DNA of 64,000 nucleotides, taken from assembly GCA_045863235.1 (NCBI GenBank), contig BTUM01000007.1, positions 76,286 to 140,285 on the forward strand, read 5' to 3'. The position numbers and the translations under genes were made by a program. The notes under the pieces were generated by a model that was given only the letters and a program-made list of their open reading frames with translations, searched no databases and was not told where the DNA came from. Below are positions 9,291-17,419 of this stretch, piece after piece (the stretch's first letter is position 1; every line of letters starts with the position of its first letter). The stretch comes from Candidatus Xenobia bacterium (GTDB lineage: Bacteria > Vulcanimicrobiota > Xenobia > Xenobiales > QWHO01).

Positions 9291-10098
9291 AGAGCCCGGG
9301 TCCTACCAGGGCCCAGCCCAGAGCTACCGCCCAGCCAGCTGGCACGTCCACCAGGTAGTGGAATCGCGCGTAAACCGTGGCGAAAGCAATCGAGAGAGCG
9401 ATGAAGAGATAAAGACCGGTCAGGCCCGAGCGGGCACGCCAGGCGGCCAGCGCAGCGGCGGTGGACCAGGCGACATGACTTGAAGGAAAGGCGGCGCCGT
9501 CGACGGCTCCGTGATCGACCAGGCGATGGCACATATGCCAGAAGAAGCCCTGGCAGGCCGGCTCGAGGGCTGGCCAGAGCGGACGGGGACCCTGCACCGG
9601 AAAGAAGACTGCCACGAGATAGCAGGAGTAGAGCGTGGCCAGGCCCGTGAAAGTGGCCTGCTCGGCCGCTCCGGGGCGGCCCAGTTGGCGCAACCTCAGG
9701 GTCAGCAACGGGAGCAGAAGGTAGTAAAGCAGATAGCAGAGGTGCAGCCATTCGGAGAGCAGTCGATAGGGGAGCACCTGGCTCAGCCAGGCCGCCGGAG
9801 AGGCTCCAAAGAGCCGGGTCTCCCAGGCCAGCACGGTGGCGTCGTAATAAACCCCTGACAGGATGCGGTTCTGGATCTCTAATTCGCTGTACATGGGGAT
9901 CAGGAGGAAGAAGGGGTAGAGTCGGACCAGTCCGCCGCCAAGACGCGGGATCAGCCAGATGACCGCCAGGTGCCACAGGATACGGAGCGTGAGCTCTGCG
10001 GTGCTATGCCCGGCCGGCGGGTGGAACAGGCCCAGGGCCAGAAAGCCGGCAGTCAGGGCCAGGTAGGCCCGCACCAGCAGATCGACCGGATCGCTCAT
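9229..10098 (-). CDS. PAP2-superfamily membrane phosphatase/phosphotransferase (lipid phosphate phosphatase or sphingomyelin-synthase-like fold).
   Basis: Five or six TM segments. PAP2 motifs PSSHVAWS (C2) and SRFHYLVDV (C3: SRxxxxxHxxxD). The start ATG overlaps the upstream stop (ATGA). Confidence 0.65.
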   Translation of the reverse strand: MSDPVDLLVRAYLALTAGFLALGLFHPPAGHSTAELTLRILWHLAVIWLIPRLGGGLVRLYPFFLLIPMYSELEIQNRILSGVYYDATVLAWETRLFGASPAAWLSQVLPYRLLSEWLHLCYLLYYLLLPLLTLRLRQLGRPGAAEQATFTGLATLYSCYLVAVFFPVQGPRPLWPALEPACQGFFWHMCHRLVDHGAVDGAAFPSSHVAWSTAAALAAWRARSGLTGLYLFIALSIAFATVYARFHYLVDVPAGWAVALGWALVGPGLYERLAGNAQARQTSSRESDP

Positions 10099-11132
10099 CG
10101 CTTTCGCACCAGGAAGAAGGGGTCGTGGACGATTCGGCGGGCATCGATGAGGACCAGGTCATCCTCCACCACCAGATGGTGCAGCCCGTCGGGATAGGGC
10201 CAGCACTTCCGGGGAGAGAGCCGCAGCACGGGCTTCTCGTGAAAGGTCTCTGGAGTCAGCTCGAGCACCTCGTTGATCACTACGGCGTCGCCATAGCTCG
10301 AGGAGCAATCCTGGGCCGGGCGATAGAGGCGGCCGTCGAGCCGAAAAGGCTTGCCGGCCGAGCGCGTGGAGCGGATGTCCTGTTTGAGCGGGCTCTGAGC
10401 ATGGGGCTGAAAAGGGCCCAGCGGGGTCGCTGCAAAGGCAGCTTTGAGCCGGTAAGCGCCATGCCGGCTGGGACCGGTGTAGAGCAGCCACCAGCGGCCT
10501 TGATGCTCGAACAACACCGGATCCACGACTTGCGCGTCCTCGAGCAGAACCCGTTCCAGGATCAGGCCGTCTTGCACCCGATAGAGCTTGAGTCGCTGCT
10601 CGGCCAGGCTCTCCGGCAGGCAGTAGAGCTGGTCGTTCCAGGTGAGCAGGTAGGGGAATGAATGGTGCGAGCCTTCCAGGCGGGGAATGCGCTGGTTGTT
10701 CTCCGTAATCTCGACCAGTCGGGCCGGCCTTCCGTGACGGTGCTCCTCGACCATCAGGTGCCAGGCGTGATCTTGTCGGAAAGCGAAGGGGTCGGCCTCA
10801 TAGGTGAGCGGAGCGAGCTCGGGGCGCCAGGCCCACTTGAGGTGAGGGAGCTCGGAGAGGCTCTGAAGGCGATGGAGGGCGTAGCCAACTGCCCAGATGT
10901 CGTAAGTGAAAGCTTCGCGATAGAGATACTCGAGCCCGCGTCGTGCCTCGAACAGGGCTGTGAGGAATCGCTGGGGCCAGCTGATTCGAGCCGCCGGTTG
11001 AGCTCGGTGGAACTGCCCGGCCGCGCGCCGCAGAGTGCCCTGGTAGCTCCAGTGGGGGCGGAACCAGGCCTCGAACCCGTCCTCGCGCACGACCTTGATG
11101 GGCTTTCGTCGCCAGTACTCTTGAATGGTCAC
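10095..11132 (-). CDS. Hypothetical protein, predicted beta-rich (propeller or glycoside-hydrolase-like) fold; function unknown.
   Basis: GTG start at 11132 overlaps the GNAT gene stop (GTGA). No TM segment or signal peptide. The N-terminal 37 aa of the longer ORF call overlap the upstream gene and are rejected. Confidence 0.45.
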   Translation of the reverse strand: MTIQEYWRRKPIKVVREDGFEAWFRPHWSYQGTLRRAAGQFHRAQPAARISWPQRFLTALFEARRGLEYLYREAFTYDIWAVGYALHRLQSLSELPHLKWAWRPELAPLTYEADPFAFRQDHAWHLMVEEHRHGRPARLVEITENNQRIPRLEGSHHSFPYLLTWNDQLYCLPESLAEQRLKLYRVQDGLILERVLLEDAQVVDPVLFEHQGRWWLLYTGPSRHGAYRLKAAFAATPLGPFQPHAQSPLKQDIRSTRSAGKPFRLDGRLYRPAQDCSSSYGDAVVINEVLELTPETFHEKPVLRLSPRKCWPYPDGLHHLVVEDDLVLIDARRIVHDPFFLVRKR

Positions 11133-12196
11133 GCCCGCTCCAGCAGGCGGTAGGTCTTCTCGCGCCGAGCTCCCAGGGCGTTCAGCATGGCCTGCATGGG
11201 GCGGTTGTCGGCCAGCACCCAGGAAGCCTCCAGTCGCTCCCACGGGATGCGCGCGTCCAGTTTTACCAGCGCCTCGATCATGGCCCCAGCTACGTCAAGC
11301 TGTCGAGCCTCGCGCACGATCCCGATGGCATAGGCTCGATAGTTGCGGATCCAGCTGCGGCGCGTGAGGTAGTCGTAGAGAAGGCGAAGGGTCAATCGTC
11401 CCTGGCTTCGGGTCAGCATGGGGTTGAGATCGGGCAGGGTGATGAGAGCGCCCACCGTGGCGCCCTGATGCTCGGCGAACAGCACGGTCTCCGGGCGGAT
11501 CAAGAGCAAGCTGAGGACCACGAACTCCCGCATCATGGGCTCGTCGAATTCTTCGAAGCCCCAGTTGTCGGCCAGCGCGTTGTTGAAGACACTTGCCAGC
11601 CTGCGGGTGTCGCGAACCCGGTGCCAGGGATCCATGGATCGCACCGTCACCCCCTGCTCGGCCGCCCGGCGGGCCCGGCCTCGCATCAGGTCTTGCCTGA
11701 CCTCGCCCCGCTGGAAGCTGTAGGTATGCATCTCCTGCAGACTGCGAAAGCCGGCTTGCTCGAGCAACTCGGCGTAGTAGGGTGGGTGGTAGGCCAGCAA
11801 GAAGCTAGGCGGGGTGTCGAAGCCATCGACCAGCAGGCCCGGGTAGGGGTCCTCCTGGCGAAAATGGTAGGGGCCCCGCAGGGGCAGTCCGGGAAAAGTC
11901 TCGCAGGCCTGCTTGAAGAGTTCGTTCAGAGCCTGGTGCTGCCCCGGCAGGCACTCCAGAAAGCCGAAGTGGAGAGCTTGCTGATGGCGCTTGACGCCCA
12001 GGTGAGCCACCGGCTCGCCGTTATGCCAGGCCACGTAGAAGGCGCGCTCGGGGTCGTCGAGCCCACCCATCAGCTGTCGGTAGTGCTGCCAGAGCGGAGG
12101 CACCCAGGCCGGATGGCGGCCCGGGTAGATGGCTCGCGCGAGGCTCCAGAAAGCCAGACGCTCGCGCTCGGTGCGCACGCGGGTGATGCTCGTCAA
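11129..12196 (-). CDS. GNAT-like acyl/acetyltransferase with an extended N-terminal domain (putative).
   Basis: C-terminal VGALITLPDLNP...AIGIVREARQLDVAGAMIEALV fits the GNAT acyl-CoA-binding core. 355 aa. Confidence 0.45.
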   Translation of the reverse strand: MTSITRVRTERERLAFWSLARAIYPGRHPAWVPPLWQHYRQLMGGLDDPERAFYVAWHNGEPVAHLGVKRHQQALHFGFLECLPGQHQALNELFKQACETFPGLPLRGPYHFRQEDPYPGLLVDGFDTPPSFLLAYHPPYYAELLEQAGFRSLQEMHTYSFQRGEVRQDLMRGRARRAAEQGVTVRSMDPWHRVRDTRRLASVFNNALADNWGFEEFDEPMMREFVVLSLLLIRPETVLFAEHQGATVGALITLPDLNPMLTRSQGRLTLRLLYDYLTRRSWIRNYRAYAIGIVREARQLDVAGAMIEALVKLDARIPWERLEASWVLADNRPMQAMLNALGARREKTYRLLERA

Positions 12197-12233
12197 GGCC
12201 AGGTTTGTTCTGAACCGGCCGGGATGGGCCCTC

Positions 12234-13163
12234 TCAGGCCGAGCGGGTCAAGGGCTCCAATCGACGCATGTAGCGGGCCAGGGTCTGGATGGTGGGACCG
12301 TAGCCCTTGTGATAGATCGCGTACTCGAGCTCGTAGCCAAGCTTGCCGGCGCTCTCGAGCCGCTCGTTCGGATCGGGGGCCAGGCAACGATCGAGGGTTG
12401 CGGCCAGCATCGGGGTCAGGCCCGGGGGACTGCTCAGCCGGGTGCTCAGAAGCCGGGTGAGGGTTTCGCTCAAGCTCTCTCCCTCCACCAGGAAGGGATT
12501 CCGGCCCGTCAACAGCTCGTAGTAGACGACACCCAGGCTGAAGAGGTCGCTGCGACCGTCGGTGACCTGGCAGCTGGCCTGCTCGGGCGCCATGTACTCT
12601 ACCCGGCCATAGACCTGCTCGCCTTCTTTTGACTCGAGGTAGTGGGCCGCCTTGGCCACCCCGAAGTCTGCCAGCTTGACCTCGCCTTCGCCGGAAATCA
12701 GGATATTGTTGGGCGACACGTCACGATGGACCAGACCCAGGGGCTGGCCCTGCTCGTCGGTGCGCTCGTGAGCATACTCCAGGGCCCGGGCCAGCCGGCT
12801 GACGATGAAGGTGGCCAGCTCGACCGGCACGGTCTTTCCAGCGTGCAGATCGAGAAAGTGCCTCAGGCTCATCCCCTCGATCAGCTCCATGGCGATATAG
12901 GCTCCAAAGTCCGCCCGGCCCAGCTGGTAAATTTGCACGATGTTGGGGTGGATCAGGTTGGCCACCAGACGAGCTTCCCCCACGAACATCTGGCTGAACT
13001 CGCTCGACTCGCTCAACCAGGGGTGCAACACCTTGAGGGCAACCCGCTTGGAGAAGCCGTCGGCTCCCAGTTGCTGAGCCTCGTAAACGGTGCCCATGCC
13101 TCCCGAAGCGAGCTCGCGGATGATCCGGTAGCGAGTTTCTTGAACGAAATACTGAGGAGTCAC
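12234..13163 (-). CDS. Hanks-type Ser/Thr protein kinase, kinase domain only.
   Basis: GxGxxGxV loop (LASGGMGTVYEA), VAIK-like ALKVL, catalytic HRDVSPNNILI, DFGVAK, APE (MAPEQ). No sensor or TM domain. First gene of the minus-strand operon. Confidence 0.85.
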   Translation of the reverse strand: MTPQYFVQETRYRIIRELASGGMGTVYEAQQLGADGFSKRVALKVLHPWLSESSEFSQMFVGEARLVANLIHPNIVQIYQLGRADFGAYIAMELIEGMSLRHFLDLHAGKTVPVELATFIVSRLARALEYAHERTDEQGQPLGLVHRDVSPNNILISGEGEVKLADFGVAKAAHYLESKEGEQVYGRVEYMAPEQASCQVTDGRSDLFSLGVVYYELLTGRNPFLVEGESLSETLTRLLSTRLSSPPGLTPMLAATLDRCLAPDPNERLESAGKLGYELEYAIYHKGYGPTIQTLARYMRRLEPLTRSA

Positions 13164-13245
13164 GACAGAGCTTGACTTCGATTCAAGCGCTCGCGGTCCT
13201 TCTTTTCGGGTTTCCTTCAGGCAGGCAGGCTAGTCTGATGTCAAC

Positions 13246-14391
13246 ATGCGCATTCTGGTTACCCATAGCTCCTCCACCGGACACGGCCACCGGATGGCCG
13301 CCGAGGCCCTGGTCAGCGCCCTGCGCGAGCATCCGGGTGTGGAGGCCGAGTCGTTCGACATGCTCAGCGTCTGCCCGCCCGAGGTGCGCGAAGCCCAGAA
13401 GAAGAGCGTGCAGGCCTTCGAAAGCCGCGAGAAGCTGGCTCGCTGGAGCTACGAGCTGGCCCTGGCCGGCAACCCTGTCATCGGCACCGTGCAGTGGGCC
13501 ATCAACCACTACAAGGCATGGATGGCCCCGGAAGCTCTGCAGTACATCAAAGACTACCAGCCTGACCTGATCGTCAGCACCCACGAGCAGGCCAGCGGCC
13601 TGGTGGACATCTGGAAAGATAGCGGCGAGCTGACCGCCCCGCTGGTCAACGTGCACACCGACCACCTGGCCGACATGCGCTGGGTGCAGCCCCAGGTGCA
13701 GCACTACTTCGTCGCCAACGAGCTCATGCGCGAGGATCTCGCCCGCCTGGGGGTCGAGCCCGAGAAGGTGAGCGTCACCGGAATTCCCATTCGTCCGGAG
13801 TTTGGCCAGCCCGCCCCGGCCGATCTGGATCAGAAGCTGGGCCTCGACCCGACCTTGCCCACCGTGCTCATCATGGGCGGCGGGCTGGGCCTGCAGCCCT
13901 TCAATCGCCAGGTGGAGGCGCTCGAGCGCCAGCCGTATCCGATGCAGATCGTGTGCGTGTGCGGCACCAACCAGGCTGCCTACGACGAGCTGAAGGCCCG
14001 CCAGGGTGGCAATCACCCGTTGCATGTGCTGGGCTCGGTCAAGAATATGCCCGAGCTGTTGAAGGCGGCCGACGTGGTGGTCAGCAAGGCGGGGGGGTTG
14101 ACCACCTCGGAGATCCTGGCCACCGGCAAGCCGATGATTCTGTACAATCCGCGTCTGGGTCTGTCGGTGCACCAGTCCAATCGGCTCGAGTCCATCGGGG
14201 TCGCCAGCATCGCCCGCAGTGGCGACGAGATGGCCGGCCAGGTGGTGGGCTACCTGAGCGACGAGACTCGCAAGGAGCAGGTAGCCCAGGCCATGGCCCG
14301 GGCCAGCAAGCCCGACTCCAGTCGCGCCATCGCCTCCGAGCTGGTCCAGATGGCAGCCCGGCACCAGAACACCCTGAACGTCTCAGCCTGA
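13246..14391 (+). CDS. GT28-family diacylglycerol glycosyltransferase (MGDG synthase/UgtP-like).
   Basis: N-terminal RILVTHSSSTGHGHRMAAEAL matches the MGDG-synthase/UgtP N-terminal signature. C-terminal GT-B half has GGLTTSE. 381 aa. Divergent from the kinase gene. Confidence 0.75.
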   Translation: MRILVTHSSSTGHGHRMAAEALVSALREHPGVEAESFDMLSVCPPEVREAQKKSVQAFESREKLARWSYELALAGNPVIGTVQWAINHYKAWMAPEALQYIKDYQPDLIVSTHEQASGLVDIWKDSGELTAPLVNVHTDHLADMRWVQPQVQHYFVANELMREDLARLGVEPEKVSVTGIPIRPEFGQPAPADLDQKLGLDPTLPTVLIMGGGLGLQPFNRQVEALERQPYPMQIVCVCGTNQAAYDELKARQGGNHPLHVLGSVKNMPELLKAADVVVSKAGGLTTSEILATGKPMILYNPRLGLSVHQSNRLESIGVASIARSGDEMAGQVVGYLSDETRKEQVAQAMARASKPDSSRAIASELVQMAARHQNTLNVSA

Positions 14392-14461
14392 CTTCGTCTA
14401 TAGCGATGTTGAGAGGGTCTTGCCCTGTTCTTGGGGGAAAGCTGCTGCAGAGGCTCCGCGC

Positions 14462-16939
14462 TCAGATCTTGTTCAACAGGTCGTACTTGCGCGTGACAGG
14501 AGCGACCGCGGTCAGTCCGGTGTGCAATCCCTCCACCGTCACCGATGACACGCGGGTGCGCCAGGGACGAACCGAGTGGATCAGCCCGCCCCAGCTCTCC
14601 ATACCGGTATCTTTCCGATATTGCCCGGGGAAGAAGATGGGGTCGGGCATCTGGATGGAAAGCCCGCTGGCTGCTCCCAGCGACGCCTCGTTGCGATTCA
14701 CCACCACCGCCTCCTGCAAAAGCGCCTGGCAGCGGGCGGCCAGCTGGGCCACCTCGGCATCGGGACAGCCCTGCTGCAGCTTTTCCAGAAAGCTCCCAAG
14801 GTCGCCGTAGCCCGGGAAGTTCACGAAGCGCTTGAGCCCCAGCCACAAGTTCTCCAGTGTTCCTCGCCAGCCCGGGGCGGTGGACTTCTCCTCGCGAGGG
14901 AAATGGCGCGTCTGGGCGGCCGCTTGCTGGAAGTGCTCGCCGACCACGGGTAGCTTCTCTTGCACTATGGCCGCCAGCTCTTCCACCGAGGCGGTCAGGG
15001 CCGGCAGCTTCTCCAGGTCCACCAGCGAGAGCGTGGGCACCACCTCGTTGCCGCCATGGCGTTTCACCAGCATTTCGCCGAAGGTCTTGGGGTCCTTGTC
15101 GATCTCTCCCAGTCGGGGCAGGATATAGGTCCAGGGCAGACCTGCTTCCCACAGGCTGTCCTGGCTGACCACTGCGTAGCGGGCGTGCTGGCCCAGGTCC
15201 TTGAGCGCTTCCAGGTTGGCCATCTCGCAGGCTTCCATGATCAGCACGTCAACCTTTTTGCCCGTCTGGGCGTGGGTCAGCTCCAGGGCTTTGCTCACGT
15301 CGGCCATCTTCATGCCGGCCAGGCGCTTGTAGCCCAGGCCATGGCCTTCGAGCAGCACGGCAGTGTGCTCGGAAGGGTAACGTTTCATCGAGCGCACCCA
15401 CAGGTTGCTCAGGGCTTCGGGGCTGGGCGCGTCGGTGCTGGAGCTGCGCTCGACCGTGTGGGTCTGGATGGTGTTGCGGCCGGGAGTGTGCACGCCCCCG
15501 GCAGCCAGTTCGTAGGTGCGGGTGCCCGACCAGCTGGCCTCCTCGTGAGCCTCAGCCACCCGGCCGGCGGTCCGGCGGTCCTTGATACCCTGATAGATGG
15601 AGAAAGCCGCCCCCTGAGCCAGCTGGCTTCCCACCAGCAGGGCCGGGATTCCGGCCAGACCGAACAGTCCGAAAGCTGCTGCGCCTGCCGCCACGGCCAG
15701 GGCCGGCAGAGCATAGATCTTGAAAGTCGCGCTGCGCTTTAAAGACTCCACGTCTTTGCCCTCGCGTCGCAACTGCAGCACCACGTGGGCATCCGGATGG
15801 GGGTTGCGCTCGAAGTCGATCACCTGACGGGTGCGCATCGGCTCGAGCTCACTGGCAGTGGCGTCCAGGTGCCCGACGATGGTCCAGGGGCGGGAAGCGG
15901 CCATCGGCACCATCGGCAGGGACTCCCTGACACTGGTTGGAGTTTCCACCTGGCAACCGCATCCGCAGCCGACCGGGTGGCGATGGCTCTCGCCCTGCCC
16001 GTCCACCAGATCGCGGGTGAGGTTGCGTCCCAGCACTCGCCCGCCGTGCCAGCCCTCGATGGCGCCCAGTTTGAGTCCTTTGCCCAGCCCGACCGCGAGG
16101 CCGGCCACAAAACCCGCCGGGCCCAGCACGGCCGAGGCGGCCAGACTGCCAACGGCTCTTGCCATGCTTTCGTGCCAACCGGCCAGCGTTTTGTCCAGCT
16201 TCGAGCCTTCCGCCGAGGGGCCGTATCTCTTGGTCCAGCTCGCTTCCAGGCTGGCGTTTTGACCGAGCCCCGAGTTGACTCCCCGGAAGGCCCCGTAGCT
16301 GGCTCCCACCAGTCCGAAGGCGCACAGTCCGGTCAGGCCGCCCAGCACTCCACCCACCACCGAGCCGGTGGCGGTGGCCGCTCCGGCCAGCGGGCCCAGT
16401 TTTTTCTTATCGGGCTGCACCCAGGGCCGGTTGTGAATGATCTTGAAGCGCGGGGGAGCGGTCGGATCGTGGTCGGGATGCTCCACGACCAGCACCCGCA
16501 GCTCGTCCTTGAGGATCTTGACCCACTCTTCATTGAGGGCTTTCGCCTCGCTGGCCCGCCCGGCTTTCAGCTCGGACTGCATCCGGCCCAGAATCTGGTG
16601 CACATCCGCCAGACGCTCGAGCGCAGCCTGGTCTTCCACCGCAAAGCGCGTTCCCACCTGATCGGGTGGTGTCGTGGCCAGCTGTACCACAAACTGTTTC
16701 AAGCGCTCCTCATACTGGTCGGACGAGCAACGCTTGAGGCGCATCAACCCCGAGAAGGCCCCCTGGACCATGCCATCCTGCTCGACGGCTTCCTTCATGA
16801 AAGCACTGCAGGACGGGGTGTACATGCAGTGAGCGCCCCGCTCGCCGTTGTAGTCGGCCGAGATGTAGTCCTGGTAAAGGCTGACCACCTTGTGAGCGGC
16901 GCCTGCCACGACCTGGCGAGGGATCTGGGTCACCTTCAT
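14462..16939 (-). CDS. Multi-domain membrane protein: N-terminal YidD-like (membrane-protein insertion efficiency factor) domain, two Gly-zipper TM regions, C-terminal clostripain-like (peptidase C11) domain.
   Basis: N-terminus LYQDYIS...CMYTPSCSAFMKEAVEQDGMVQGAFSGLMRLKRC parallels the YidD core (FYQxFIS...CRFxPTCSxYaxeAi...RC). The C-terminal 300 aa carry the C11 His/Cys dyad context (LLEGHGLGYK ... VDVLIMEACEMANLEA). Hydrophobic GxxxG-rich segments lie in the middle. Confidence 0.7.
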   Translation of the reverse strand: MKVTQIPRQVVAGAAHKVVSLYQDYISADYNGERGAHCMYTPSCSAFMKEAVEQDGMVQGAFSGLMRLKRCSSDQYEERLKQFVVQLATTPPDQVGTRFAVEDQAALERLADVHQILGRMQSELKAGRASEAKALNEEWVKILKDELRVLVVEHPDHDPTAPPRFKIIHNRPWVQPDKKKLGPLAGAATATGSVVGGVLGGLTGLCAFGLVGASYGAFRGVNSGLGQNASLEASWTKRYGPSAEGSKLDKTLAGWHESMARAVGSLAASAVLGPAGFVAGLAVGLGKGLKLGAIEGWHGGRVLGRNLTRDLVDGQGESHRHPVGCGCGCQVETPTSVRESLPMVPMAASRPWTIVGHLDATASELEPMRTRQVIDFERNPHPDAHVVLQLRREGKDVESLKRSATFKIYALPALAVAAGAAAFGLFGLAGIPALLVGSQLAQGAAFSIYQGIKDRRTAGRVAEAHEEASWSGTRTYELAAGGVHTPGRNTIQTHTVERSSSTDAPSPEALSNLWVRSMKRYPSEHTAVLLEGHGLGYKRLAGMKMADVSKALELTHAQTGKKVDVLIMEACEMANLEALKDLGQHARYAVVSQDSLWEAGLPWTYILPRLGEIDKDPKTFGEMLVKRHGGNEVVPTLSLVDLEKLPALTASVEELAAIVQEKLPVVGEHFQQAAAQTRHFPREEKSTAPGWRGTLENLWLGLKRFVNFPGYGDLGSFLEKLQQGCPDAEVAQLAARCQALLQEAVVVNRNEASLGAASGLSIQMPDPIFFPGQYRKDTGMESWGGLIHSVRPWRTRVSSVTVEGLHTGLTAVAPVTRKYDLLNKI

Positions 16940-17017
16940 AGCTCGATTATCCCGCCATGAACTGAAAGAAGCCTGACGAGCATTCTCGCCAGGCTTCTCG
17001 AGGGTGCTACGCGTGGA

Positions 17018-17293
17018 TCAGCCGCGCTGGTTCTGACCGTTGGAGCAGCAGACGCTGAAGACTACCAGGGCGCAGACACCGGCGGCCACCAGGGTGAGGA
17101 AGTCGGTCTCCATGTTGGCGGCCTTGCTGTTGGGCGCGGCGGTTTCGGCGTAAGCGACCTTGGGGGAGACGGCTTCGTCCGAGACGCTGCCGGCGTAGCC
17201 GTCCTGGCTGCCGGACGCGGCCTGCGGCTGGGAGCCGGAGGCGCGGGTCGCCTGGGTGTAGCCGGCGACGGCGGGGTTGATGGTGCTGATCAT
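17018..17293 (-). CDS. Small (91 aa) tail-anchored membrane protein; Ala/Ser/Gln-rich N-terminus, C-terminal TM helix, Cys-Cys near the C-terminus.
   Basis: GGGAGG Shine-Dalgarno 6 nt upstream of the ATG. C-terminal FLTLVAAGVCALVVFSVCCS is a TM segment. Isolated transcription unit. Confidence 0.45.
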   Translation of the reverse strand: MISTINPAVAGYTQATRASGSQPQAASGSQDGYAGSVSDEAVSPKVAYAETAAPNSKAANMETDFLTLVAAGVCALVVFSVCCSNGQNQRG

Positions 17294-17419
17294 GGTGGTC
17301 CTCCCGTGTTTGTGATTTGGTCCCTTGTCTGTGACGATTTGCGTCGAGACTACCCAGGTGGCCTGAAAATCTTCTGAAGCGGCAGGAACCGTGCGCTCGG
17401 CCGCACAGAATCAGACCGC

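Noticed and set aside
13183-14364. 393-aa minus-strand ORF antisense to the GT28 glycosyltransferase gene
   Set aside because: It lies completely inside a well-supported plus-strand gene. Its translation is low-complexity, Gly/Ala/Arg-rich and typical of GC-rich antisense frames, with no motif.
15785-16960. 391-aa plus-strand ORF antisense to the YidD-C11 gene (also 14960-15742 and 14250-15152)
   Set aside because: Antisense to a gene with clear domain signatures. Arg/Gly/His-rich translation with no domains.
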